Shown piece by piece: positions 31,756 to 41,239 of a DNA stretch of 64,000 nucleotides (its first letter is position 1; every line of letters starts with the position of its first letter). The position numbers were made by a program, and so were the translations under genes. The notes below the pieces were generated by a model that saw nothing but the letters and a program-made list of their open reading frames with translations, did no database searches and had not been told where the DNA came from. The stretch covers positions 96,001 to 160,000 of the forward strand of contig CBDDBZ010000030.1 of assembly GCA_965225945.1 (NCBI GenBank), written 5' to 3'. This DNA is from Alphaproteobacteria bacterium (GTDB lineage Bacteria > Pseudomonadota > Alphaproteobacteria > GCA-2731375).

Positions 31756-34075
31756 TCAACCGGTCCCGGGACTAAGGGACCGCGCCCACATTGCGAACCG
31801 ACAGCGGCACGGCGCCACGGGCCGCCGCGCAAAGCCAGGATTGTCGCGCTCACTCCACCGAAAATGGATAGATGCGCGCGCCGCCCACCCATTCGAACTG
31901 ATTCTTGGCCTCCGGCATGCCCTCGGGATTGCGGAAGACAAACCCGCAGACCTTGATTGCCGCGCTGCTTCCCTGGTAGCGGCTGCACAATTTGTCGCCG
32001 TCTATCCAGCGCGTTTCGGCGCCTGAATACCAGGGTGCCAAGACCATGCTCTCGCCGTCGGGCGCGATCGACACAATCCAATCGCTGCCGGTCTGGGGGT
32101 CCAACCCAGTTTGCGTGCGGCCGAACATCAGCGATCGGATCTCATTGCCATCTAGTCTGTCATTTTTCGGGCGGCGTAATTGATCGAAATTTCTGGGACA
32201 CCGGCCTTGCGAAGTCCGGCCTTGAGACGCTCCCTGTCGTTATCCTCCCTGTACGGCCAGAGATCGACGACGGCCAGGGTCAACGGAGGCCGGCCCGCTT
32301 TCCTGCGCCGCTTGTTGGCCGAATCGATGGCCGACCGGCCTTGCGGCTTACGGGTGAGATGGCCATAGCTCGCGGCGAGAACCGTGAACACGGAATAGTT
32401 CCTCGGGCTGCGCTTGGCCGCCCGTTCGAGCGCCGAAGCCGCGTCGTCAAATTGCCCCAGCCCGAACCGGGCGAGGCCGATCTGGAGTACGTAACTGGCC
32501 GGGTAATGAGGATCGAGACGCATCGCCTTGTTGATGAGGTTCACGCTCTGAGTTGGGATACCGGCCCAGATCAATGCTTCGGCCATGGCCATGTAGCCCG
32601 CCGGATCATTGGCATCAAGGGCGATTGCGCGCTTGGCCTCGTCAACGCTCGCGTCGTAGTGGCCCTGTCGCGAGAGCATCTTCGAAGCGACCTGGTGAGC
32701 AAGAGGCGATGGCTCCTTCAAGGCTTCATGGAGGTACTGCTCGGCCCGCCAAAAAGCTTCGTCGGGTGACACGCCGCGCACATCCCATCCCATCGCCGCG
32801 CTGTCTCTATAGATCTCCGCGAGCGCGGCGTAAGCTCGTCCGTATTCGTTATCCAACTTGATCGCTTCTTCGAGGTAGGGCACCCCCTTGGCGTAGTCGG
32901 CCGCACTCGCACCGCGAAAATGTTCACGACCTTGCAAAAAGGCGTCATATGCCTGCGGATTGTCGTATCTTCGGCGGCTTTGCAGGGACTGCTCGCCGGA
33001 GGTCAGATTGACCGCCAGCGCGACCACGATGTTTCCCGTCACTTTGTCTTGCAGCGCAAAGACATCGGCAAGTGACCCGTCGTAGCGATCCGCCCACAAG
33101 TGGCCGCCGGTCGCGGCTTCGATGAGCTGGGCGTTGATGCGGACGGAATCGCCGATCCGGCGTACGCTGCCTTCGAGCACGTATCGCACACCCAATTCCT
33201 GGGCCACGGTCCGGATATCGATCTGCTTGCCCTTGTAGGCGAACGACGAATTGCGGGCGATCACGAACAGGCCGGAGATCTTGGAAAGGTCGGTGATGAT
33301 GTCCTCGGCAATACCATCGGCAAAGTATGCCTGCTCGGGATCCGCGCTCATGTTGGTGAAGGGCAGCACGGCGATAGACGGCCGGTCGGGCAGGGTGATC
33401 TCGACGTCTTGGTCTGCCGCGACCTCGGTCGGCGGGGCCGGTGATCGAAGTTCGAGGATCCACAGGGCGCCGGCGCCGACGACTAGGACGGCGGCCGCGA
33501 CCAGCAGCGCAATGCGCAGCCACGGTTGCTTCGCTTTTGGCTGCGCGGCAATCGAGGCCACGGACGCTTCGGGCTCCATGCGTACACGGAATACCGGCAC
33601 CGGCTCCTCGATGTTCTTGACCTGCTGCAGCCCCATGTCCTCGAAGTCCAAGTCCACCGTCGACTTTACCTGCCGGTACGCATCACCCGAGACATAGACC
33701 GCGCCGGGCTCCGCTAGTTCCTGTAAGCGCGCCGCCACGTTTACCCCGGCGCCGAAGATATCGTCATCATCGACCACGATATCGCCGATGTTCACGCCGA
33801 CTCGATAGACGATTCGACGCTCTTCCGGCTGATCGGATTCGCGCTCGACCATCGCCGTTTGAACTTCGACGGCACACAGAACCGCTTCGGCGGCGCTCGG
33901 AAACTCGATCAGAATTCCATCGCCGGTGGTCTTGACGATGCGGCCCTGATGTTCGGCGGTCTTCGGGTCGATCAGTTCCTTGCGGTGAGACTTCTGGCGC
34001 GCGAGCGTTCCCCTCTCATCGGTTTCGATTAGCCGGCTGGTGTATCGCACCCGGTTCCTTGGACACAAGTTTGTC

Positions 34076-34987
34076 TCATGCGGCGGGCCTGAGTGACATC
34101 GCGGTGTGCCACGCCTGACGAGCTTGAGCGGGGCTCAGGTAGCCGTTCTTCTCCACGATCCACTGGGCATTGTACTGTTCGACGAACCCGCGGACGGCGT
34201 TCCGCAGCTCCGCGATGTTGCGGTAGATGCGGCCATGGATGATCTGTTCCTTGAGCGTGCGATTGAACCTCTCGGCGACGCCGTTGGTCTGGGGCTGTTC
34301 GACGAAGGCGTAGGACGGCTGGATGCCCCAGAACTTGATCTGGTTGGTGAAGTGGTCCGACAGATACTGGGAGCCGTGATCCATCCGCAAGGCCAGCCCC
34401 CGCGCCGCACCGGCGGAGGTCGAGGCATACAGCCTCGCAAGCCCCATGGAGATCGGCTGAAGGGCGGCGAAGCGGTCGCCTCGCTTGCACACATGCCAGC
34501 CGACGCACTCGGCGTTCCAATGCTCGATGGCGGTGAATATCCAGCCCCAGCCGTCGTCCACCGTGAACACCCGAACGCCGTCCGTGCCCCACATGAGGTT
34601 GGGGGCATGGGTGATGATCTCACCGACATGGGGATTTCCGCCACGGCGGCGGCAGCGATGGGGCGAGAGCAGGTTGTTCTCGCGCATCACCCGGAGCACC
34701 CGCTTGCGGGAAACACGGATGCCACGACAGACCCGAAGCCGAGCCCAGACCTTGCGGTGTCCCTCGCCCTCCCAGGGGGATGCCTCCAGGTCGGCCTCGA
34801 TGGCCACCAGCAGAGCCTCGTCCGAGATCGAGGGCTTCGGTCCCCGGCGCTTTGCTGGTGGGCGCTCAGCGGTGGCCTGCTGCCGGGATTTCATGGCGTA
34901 GAACGAGGAACGGGCAAAACCCCAGGCCGCACAGACCCGCTGGAGGCCGTAGGCCAAACCCGTGCCGGGAGAGGTGGCGGCACTCAT
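34076..34987 (-). CDS. IS3-like transposase OrfB (DDE integrase core)
   Basis: GHRKVWARL, WGTD, MDHGSQY, NGVAERFNRTLKE. Confidence 0.92.
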   Translation of the reverse strand: MSAATSPGTGLAYGLQRVCAAWGFARSSFYAMKSRQQATAERPPAKRRGPKPSISDEALLVAIEADLEASPWEGEGHRKVWARLRVCRGIRVSRKRVLRVMRENNLLSPHRCRRRGGNPHVGEIITHAPNLMWGTDGVRVFTVDDGWGWIFTAIEHWNAECVGWHVCKRGDRFAALQPISMGLARLYASTSAGAARGLALRMDHGSQYLSDHFTNQIKFWGIQPSYAFVEQPQTNGVAERFNRTLKEQIIHGRIYRNIAELRNAVRGFVEQYNAQWIVEKNGYLSPAQARQAWHTAMSLRPAA

Positions 34988-35394
34988 CGCCGCGACCTCC
35001 GCCGCCCCAAAGGGCCGGACGTCTCCGTCTTGGCCTCCAGCAGTTCCACCTGCATGATCAACTCCCCGATCCGCTTCATGGCGATGTCCAGTTCCGCCTT
35101 TACCGGATCGCCCTTGCGTTCCTTGAGCGAGGCATCGATCCCGGCGATCGCCTTCTCACGCCACTGCTCGAGCCGGAAAATCTCCACGCCCAACTGCCGC
35201 GACAAAAGTTCCACCGGCTCGCCACGCAAAAGCCGCAGGGCAACCTCACGCTTGCGCGTCACCGTCCACCGCTGGCCAAGTCCCAGCGGGCCTGCCGGCG
35301 AAACCTGGCCCGGGGAAAACGTGGACGAGCCAAGCTCGCCCTCGTTTACCACAGGCCCATCAACAGCAACTTTGTTCTCAAAATTGTCGGTCAT
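34984..35394 (-). CDS. IS3-like transposase OrfA (HTH)
   Basis: RWTVTRKREVALRLLRGE...LSRQLGV; ATGA overlap with orfB. Confidence 0.85.
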   Translation of the reverse strand: MTDNFENKVAVDGPVVNEGELGSSTFSPGQVSPAGPLGLGQRWTVTRKREVALRLLRGEPVELLSRQLGVEIFRLEQWREKAIAGIDASLKERKGDPVKAELDIAMKRIGELIMQVELLEAKTETSGPLGRRRSRR

Positions 35395-35673
35395 GTTCCG
35401 GTCCTCCTTGGACACTTCGATTAAACCAATTCTGTGTCCAAGGAAATCGGGTCCGACTCACGATTAGCCGGCTGTAACCAACCATGTCGGCGACAAGAAT
35501 GGCGGCCAGCCTACGCTCGACCCGCTGCTCCACAGTCGTCAGCCCTCCTGACGCGCTCAAGTCCGCCAATTGTATACGCTAACTATGCAATTGTCGTAGT
35601 CAGCCAGCCGACCGCTACCTCCGTTCCGGTGACGGCCCCAAAAGTCGCCGACGGCGACGTTTCGGTCGGACGC

Positions 35674-36582
35674 TCAGTCCTCGAGGTCGAGTTCGCTCGC
35701 CTCCGGCACGCGGAAATACTCCGGCTTGGTGTGGCACCAGAGATCGCCCCACATCTGTTGGCCGCCGTCGACGGTGACGACCTCGCCGGTGATGAACTTG
35801 CCGGACGGGGCGGCGAGATAGACGCAGGCCTCGGCCACGTCCTGCACCTCGCCGGTGCGCATCATCGGATTGGCGTAGCTGTAGAGGGCCGCCGCCGTCG
35901 GTGGATAGACGTTGAAGCCCTCGGTCTCGATGCAGCCGGGGGCGACGCAGTTGACCCGGATCCGGTCGGGCGCCCATTCGACGGCCACGGTCTTGGAGAG
36001 ATAGGTGACGCCGGCGCGCGCGGCGCAGGTGTGGGCGATATCGGGCATGCCGCGCTGGAACACGGCGACGATGTTGATGATCGCGCCGGGCCGCTCGTCG
36101 GCGATCCAGCGTCGCGCCGCCGCCTGCATCATGTACCAGGTGCCGTTCAGGTTGGTGTCGATCACCGCGTTCCAGCCCTTGACCGAGAACTCGATCGCCT
36201 TCTGCGGAAACTGGCCGCCGGCGTTGTTGACCAGGATGTCGATGCCGCCGCGCGCCTCCCACGCGGCGTCGATCAGCCGGGCCACCTGCTCGGGATCGCG
36301 GATCGTCATCGGGTGGACGTCGACCTCGGCGCCGAATTTGCGGAGCCAGCGCTCAGTGCCGCGCAACTTCTCCTCGTCGCGCCCGCAAATCACCAGGTCG
36401 GCGCCGAGCCGCGCGAAGAGGAAGGCGATCGCCTTGCCGAGGCCGCTGCCAGCGCCCGAGACCAAGGCCACCTTGCCTTTCAGCAACTCGTCGCGGAACA
36501 CCGTCGGGCGCGCGGCCAAGTCCGCATCCTCGATGCCGTAGATCTTGCGCGCCTTCGCCTTCGTCGCCTCCGCCTCCGCCAT
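35674..36582 (-). CDS. SDR oxidoreductase (enoyl/dienoyl-CoA reductase-like)
   Basis: SGAGSGLG, NNAGGQF, HTCAARAGV, VDGG. Confidence 0.88.
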   Translation of the reverse strand: MAEAEATKAKARKIYGIEDADLAARPTVFRDELLKGKVALVSGAGSGLGKAIAFLFARLGADLVICGRDEEKLRGTERWLRKFGAEVDVHPMTIRDPEQVARLIDAAWEARGGIDILVNNAGGQFPQKAIEFSVKGWNAVIDTNLNGTWYMMQAAARRWIADERPGAIINIVAVFQRGMPDIAHTCAARAGVTYLSKTVAVEWAPDRIRVNCVAPGCIETEGFNVYPPTAAALYSYANPMMRTGEVQDVAEACVYLAAPSGKFITGEVVTVDGGQQMWGDLWCHTKPEYFRVPEASELDLED

Positions 36583-36847
36583 TTGACGCCTCCCTCGCAT
36601 CCGCGGCCCCGCCGTCCGGGGTCCCGGACTGTGTGATGCTCGCCCGTCGCTCGCAAGGGGAAATTGGGAGACGAGGAGATGCATGATCCGGCCGTTCGGG
36701 GCGCCGTCATGGTCGAGGGCACGGGCAGCCAGCCCAACGTCGGCGTCTTCGTCGGCCATTCCAAACGACTTCGGCCCGCCTGGCGGATAGGCTCCGAGGC
36801 CACTATGATCGGCTCGTGGCCGATGACTGAAGGTAAGGGAGAAAACG

Positions 36848-37294
36848 ATGTCTCAACTCGAAATCGGGGATCAGGCGCCCGCCTTCAGCCTGCTCAATCA
36901 GCATGGCAAGGAAACAAGTCTCGCCGATTTCGCCGGCCGGAACGTGCTGATCTGGTTCTTTCCCCGCGCCTATGGAAACAATTGAACCAAAGAAGCTGAC
37001 GGGTTCCGTGATCGAACCCGGGACTTTGCCGACAAGAACACGGCCTTGCTCGCCATAACCTTCAGCGCGAGCGCGGAGCTGAAGGCATGGGGCGAGGCGG
37101 TCGGGCTCGACATCGACCTCTTGTGCGATGCCGAGCGTTCCGTCGCGATTGAATACGGCGCGGCGGAAAGCCCGGATCAGGAGCGGCCGAAACGGCTTTC
37201 CATTCTGGTCGGCGCCGAGGGCGAGATTCGCAAGATTTACGATGTCTCGGACGCGGAGGCGCATCCGAGCGAGGTTCTGAGCGATCTGACTTAG
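36848..37294 (+). CDS. Selenocysteine-containing peroxiredoxin (BCP/PrxQ-like), Sec at codon 46
   Basis: MSQLEIGDQAPAFSLLNQHG...VLIWFFPRAYGNN-TGA(36983)-TKEADGFRD...LLCD...PKRLSILVG; TGA sits at the peroxidatic Cys position and the frame continues to TAG 37294. Confidence 0.9.
37001..37019 (+). promoter_or_regulatory. Putative bacterial SECIS hairpin
   Basis: GGGTTC-CGTGATC-GAACCC beginning 15 nt after the TGA. Confidence 0.65.
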
Positions 37295-37324
37295 GCCAAC
37301 GGACATAAGTCCTGACCGCCCCGC

Positions 37325-37852
37325 CTAGCCCTCCTGGCCGAGGCGGGCGAGGATGGGAGCGATGGCGGCTTCGGCGATCGCCCTCAGCTCCTCCGCGCCG
37401 CGGTTCTGGATCGGGTGCGCCACCCACACGATCGCCGGCTCGAAGCCGAGCGCCTCGCCCTGTGCCTTGGCCGCGTCCTTGAAGGCCGTGGTCGCCACCA
37501 TCACGCCGGGAATGCCCCTGCCGTCGAGATCCGCGATGTCATGCAAACTGCACGACGTACACGCCCCTCAATCGGCCAGCGCTTCGATGACGACGTCGCA
37601 CTCGGCGGCGATGTCGGCGGCGCCGTAGTCCCGCGCCAGCGTCACCGGCGAAGGCTTGGCGTAGCGCCTGACCTGGAGCTGGCGTTCGGCGAGCAAAACT
37701 TCAATCGAATCAAGAAATTCGTCGCTCCGCTCCTTGCCGATATCCAGCAGTGCGATACAGCACCCCTGGAGCGTGTCCGGCGGGGCCAGGCGGGGCCGCG
37801 TCGCCGGGCCTCCCTCGCTCGTCGGATCGCGCATCGAATAGCCCTCGTTCAT
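37325..37852 (-). CDS. UGSC-family selenoprotein (U-G-A-C-T-S-C), Sec at codon 95
   Basis: ...CDVVIEALAD-TGA(37570-37568)-GACTSCSLHDIADLDGRGIPGV...; two listed ORFs join in frame. Confidence 0.9.
37538..37556 (-). promoter_or_regulatory. Putative bacterial SECIS hairpin
   Basis: GTCGTGCA-GTT-TGCATGAC: 8-bp stem, GU-containing loop, 11 nt after the TGA. Confidence 0.75.
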
Positions 37853-39285
37853 GCCTCGATCTCCTTGGTTACGGGTTGTACCACGTCGCGTTTGCGGCCG
37901 CCGGGCCAGCCCCCGATGATCGCCGAGAACAGCCCCGCCGGCCCGCCGGCCCGCGCGATCAGCAAGCCGTGGTCGCGCCAGAACTTGGGCAATACACCGC
38001 TGGCCTCCTCGAGCTCCATGCCCTCGCCGACGCCGCCGACGTCGCGCGCCAATTCCGCCGCCGGCCGCGTCGTCGCCTCGTGCAGCGCCTCCTCGATCCG
38101 CGCCCGGTCCCAGCCCGCGTCGCGGTAGATCGCATAATGCTCCGGCGAGAGCAGCAGGATGGCGTTGCACCACTCAGCCAGCTTGGGATGACCGACGCCG
38201 ATCAGCGACATCGCCAGCGACTTGCTCAAGCTCTCCGGCGTGCGGGACTTCTGGTCGATGAAGCCGGTGACGCCGTCGCCGTGGAAGAGGGTCACGGCCG
38301 AGGCGCCGGCGGCGATGCCGCGGGCTTGCGCGAGTGGCGTCCACTCGGGGTCGGATTCGTCCTCGGCCAGGCAGAAGCCCACCTTGCCGGGATTGCCGAA
38401 GGTCGCGCGGTCGATGCCGCCCGGCTGGCCGCCGCCGACGTTGCGGATCAACAGTTGCAGCGCGCGGCCGATGGTCGAGTTGGCGCGGTTGCCCTGGCCC
38501 AGGCAGTTGACGCCGGAATTCATCCCGATCGCCCGGGTTACGGGGCCGTTGACGATGATCACCGGGCCGGAGAAATAGGTCGTGCACAAGAGGCCATGCA
38601 TGGCGAATTCGCGTTTCAGCGCCGCGGCCACCACGGCGAGGACCACCGGCATGTAGTCCGGCCGGCAGCCCGCCATCACGGCGTTGATCGCCACCTTCTC
38701 GATCGTGCATTCGGCGAGGTTGGGCGGGATCGGGCCGATCACCTCGTCCGGTGCGCGGTCGGTGCCGGCGAGCATGCGCAGGATCCGCTCGTCGGTCGGC
38801 GGCACCACCGGCAGGCCATCGGTCCAGCCGCGCTCGAAACAGCTCTCCAGGGGATCGTCATAGGCGCCGACCTCGATGCGCCGCGCCGCCAGGCCCACTT
38901 CGCCCCAGCGCACTTGCAGCCGCTCGCGCATGCCGGGCTCGACGTTGCGGGCACCGCAACCCGGCTGCTGGTCCGGCAGCGCCGCGCCCAGCCCGGCGAG
39001 GCCGGAAAGTCGCTCCCATTCGCCGCGATGCCAGCCGACGGCGCGGCCAATTTCGCCCGCCTCGCCCAGACGGATCAGCGTCGGCACGATTTCGATGTCG
39101 TGGCGGAAGGAGATCTCAAGCTCCCGGTCGTCGATAGGATCCGGGATCGATTGCGGAAAACCCGGGTCGTCCTGGGTGTAAACGGCCAGCGGCGTCCCGC
39201 CGGCGCGAAGCTCGGCGTAGACCCCTTCCAGCATCTCGCAGGTCGGGCAGTCCCGCTTGGCGACGACGATCAGGCGCTCGCTCAC
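37849..39285 (-). CDS. Thioredoxin-like (CPTC) domain fused to a UGSC-partner domain of unknown function
   Basis: KRDCPTC, PGCGA, GWTDGLPVVPPT, EKVAINAVMAGC, NRANSTIGRAL; ATGA-coupled to the UGSC gene. Confidence 0.85.
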   Translation of the reverse strand: MSERLIVVAKRDCPTCEMLEGVYAELRAGGTPLAVYTQDDPGFPQSIPDPIDDRELEISFRHDIEIVPTLIRLGEAGEIGRAVGWHRGEWERLSGLAGLGAALPDQQPGCGARNVEPGMRERLQVRWGEVGLAARRIEVGAYDDPLESCFERGWTDGLPVVPPTDERILRMLAGTDRAPDEVIGPIPPNLAECTIEKVAINAVMAGCRPDYMPVVLAVVAAALKREFAMHGLLCTTYFSGPVIIVNGPVTRAIGMNSGVNCLGQGNRANSTIGRALQLLIRNVGGGQPGGIDRATFGNPGKVGFCLAEDESDPEWTPLAQARGIAAGASAVTLFHGDGVTGFIDQKSRTPESLSKSLAMSLIGVGHPKLAEWCNAILLLSPEHYAIYRDAGWDRARIEEALHEATTRPAAELARDVGGVGEGMELEEASGVLPKFWRDHGLLIARAGGPAGLFSAIIGGWPGGRKRDVVQPVTKEIEA

Positions 39286-39441
39286 CGCATTTCTCCCCCG
39301 GCCCGGCCGGCTCGACCGGCCCATGATAGCGCAATCGGCACCCCGGGGCTCATTGCAAGGTGCCGCGGCCGATGGACACTCCGGGGTCGCTCGGCTCTAA
39401 TGCCGGGCGAATGGGAACCACGCGCCCGAGGGAGAAACGAC

Positions 39442-40278
39442 ATGGATATCGGCGTTTTCATCTTCGCCACCGACTATACAATCCCCATGGACGAGCTGGG
39501 CAAGGAACTCGAGGAGCGGGGCTTCGAGAGCCTGTTCCTGCCCGAACACACCCACATTCCGACCAGCCGAAAGAGCCCGTTTCCCGGCGGTGGCGAACTC
39601 CCCAGGGAATATTCCCACACCTACGATCCCTTCGTGGCGCTGGCCTTCGCCGCCGCCGTCACGACCAAGCTGAAGCTCGGCACGGGCATCTGCTTGGTGC
39701 CGCAGCGCGATCCGATCGTCACCGCGAAAGCCATCGCCAGCCTGGACATGATGAGCGGGGGCCGCTTCGTCTTCGGCATCGGCGGCGGCTGGAACGTCGA
39801 GGAGATGAACGACCACGGCGCCGAATACAAGACCCGCTTCAAGCTGATGCGGGAGCAAATCCTGACGATGAAGGCGCTTTGGACCATGGAGCAGGCCGGC
39901 TTCGAGGGCGAGATGGTGCGCCTCTCGCCGTCCTGGTCCTACCCGAAGCCGGAGCAACGCCCGCATCCGCCGATCCTGCTCGGAGGCGAGAGCGACTACA
40001 CGCTCAGGCGCGTGGTCGACTATTGCGATGGCTGGTTCCCCCGCGCGGGGCGCGGTTTCGAGCCGGCGGAGCTGATGGCGCGCTTGCACGGAATCGCGGA
40101 CGAGGTCGGCCGCGACATGGCGACGTTGCAGGTCTCGCTGTTTCGCGCGCCGCCGGACGCGGCCGGGCTCGCCGCCTGCCGCGAGGCGGGGATCGATCGC
40201 GCCATCCTCGGTCTGCCCTCGGGCGACCGCGACATGGTGCTGGGGCTGCTCGACGACTACGAGCCGCTGCTGGCCTGA
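39442..40278 (+). CDS. LLM-class (probably F420-dependent) oxidoreductase
   Basis: GFESLFLPEHTHIP, DPFVAL, GIGGGWNVEEM, PKP...PPILLGG. Confidence 0.88.
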   Translation: MDIGVFIFATDYTIPMDELGKELEERGFESLFLPEHTHIPTSRKSPFPGGGELPREYSHTYDPFVALAFAAAVTTKLKLGTGICLVPQRDPIVTAKAIASLDMMSGGRFVFGIGGGWNVEEMNDHGAEYKTRFKLMREQILTMKALWTMEQAGFEGEMVRLSPSWSYPKPEQRPHPPILLGGESDYTLRRVVDYCDGWFPRAGRGFEPAELMARLHGIADEVGRDMATLQVSLFRAPPDAAGLAACREAGIDRAILGLPSGDRDMVLGLLDDYEPLLA

Positions 40279-40292
40279 GAGGCGGCGACGGC

Positions 40293-40715
40293 GTGACCGA
40301 CGCTGTGCGCGCGTTTCTCGATAGCGCGCGCGTCGCCCACCTGGCGACGGCGGACGGTGAGGGCCGCCCGCACGTGGTGCCGGTCTGCTTCGCGCCGCTG
40401 GACGAGACGATCTACATCGTCCTCGACGAAAAGCCCAAGCGGGTCGCCGGGCGGGCGCTGAAGCGGGTCCGCAATATCTTGCAGAACGGGCAGGTGGCCT
40501 TGGTCGTCGACCATTGGGACGAGGACTGGTCGCGCCTCGGCTGGGTGATGGTCCGGGGGCCGGCGGAGATCCTCGATGGCGGCGCCGAGCACGCCCGCGG
40601 CCTGGCCGCGCTCCTGGCCCGCTATCCGCAATACCGCGAGATGGATCTCGGCGGTGCGCCGATGATCGCCGTCCGGATCGACCGGATTACCTCGTGGGGA
40701 GCGCTAGAGTCCTGA
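40293..40715 (+). CDS. PPOX-class (probably F420-dependent, Rv0121-like) oxidoreductase
   Basis: ARVAHLATAD...PHVVPVCFA...DEKPK...LKRVRNI...VDHWDEDWSRLGWV. Confidence 0.85.
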   Translation: MTDAVRAFLDSARVAHLATADGEGRPHVVPVCFAPLDETIYIVLDEKPKRVAGRALKRVRNILQNGQVALVVDHWDEDWSRLGWVMVRGPAEILDGGAEHARGLAALLARYPQYREMDLGGAPMIAVRIDRITSWGALES

Positions 40716-41032
40716 GCTCTCAGCGGGAATAGACGAGCAGGGCGACACCCAAGAGCGCCGCAGCCCAGATCGCCATCGAGCCGGTGGACCAAGTCCGCAC
40801 TCATAAATCGGTGACTGTTGTCTAATTGAGTTCTGTCCTTTCAGGAAATAATTCCGCCTTGCCGCATCTTCGGTTGTCCACGGGGTCCCCCGTTTTTCGG
40901 TTTTGGGTTCTACTCTTCCCCATGCTTCTCATGGCGCCTCGCTCACCATTGAAGGTGAGAAGGATTGGTGCCATCAGGCTCGAGTGTTCGAGTTCCGGTT
41001 GTCCAGTCGAGTTTTGTCCTCTCCGGATGGAA

Positions 41033-41211
41033 TTCCGCCTTGCCGCATCTTCGGTTGTCTACCCGGCCTTGCCATGGGGGGCTGGAGTTGCCGGCGCCTC
41101 AGGATGGCGGTCAGAGGAAGAAGGGTGTCTTTGATGTCCCCAACGCGGTCGATGCCGCGACAGTATAGGCGAGATCACCCTTCCCCGTCAGGCTGCGGCA
41201 AGCAGGCGGAA
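41033..41211 (-). ncRNA. Putative bridge/seek RNA of IS110 copy 1
   Basis: Same sequence as 48129-48307; internal loops match the target and donor sites. Confidence 0.7.
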
Positions 41212-41239
41212 GCGGGCCTAGGGCCCGCCGGCCCGACGC

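Larger units (their letters stand above)
34040..35461 (-). mobile_element. IS3-like two-ORF insertion sequence
   Basis: Imperfect TIRs TGTATCGCACCCGGTTCCTTGGACACA / TGAGTCGGACCCGATTTCCTTGGACACA; flanking direct repeat GATTAGCCGGCTG at 34027-34039 and 35462-35474. Confidence 0.9.
31850..35533 (-). pseudogene. Adenylate/guanylate cyclase-TM-TolB-like-TPR protein, interrupted by an IS and frameshifted near the C-terminus
   Basis: GTG 35533 (AGGAGG RBS) VEQRVERRLAAILVADMVGYSRLI, then the IS, then ETDERGT...KTTGDG...GVNVAARL...SIAVLPFTNMS. Frameshift at the T5 run near 32165 separates ...DRLDGNEIRSLMFGRT (31850-32128). Confidence 0.85.

Noticed and set aside
37750-40278. 842-aa ORF
   Set aside because: Only 39442-40278 (LLM oxidoreductase, with its own RBS) is real; the rest is the antisense shadow of the thioredoxin-fusion gene.
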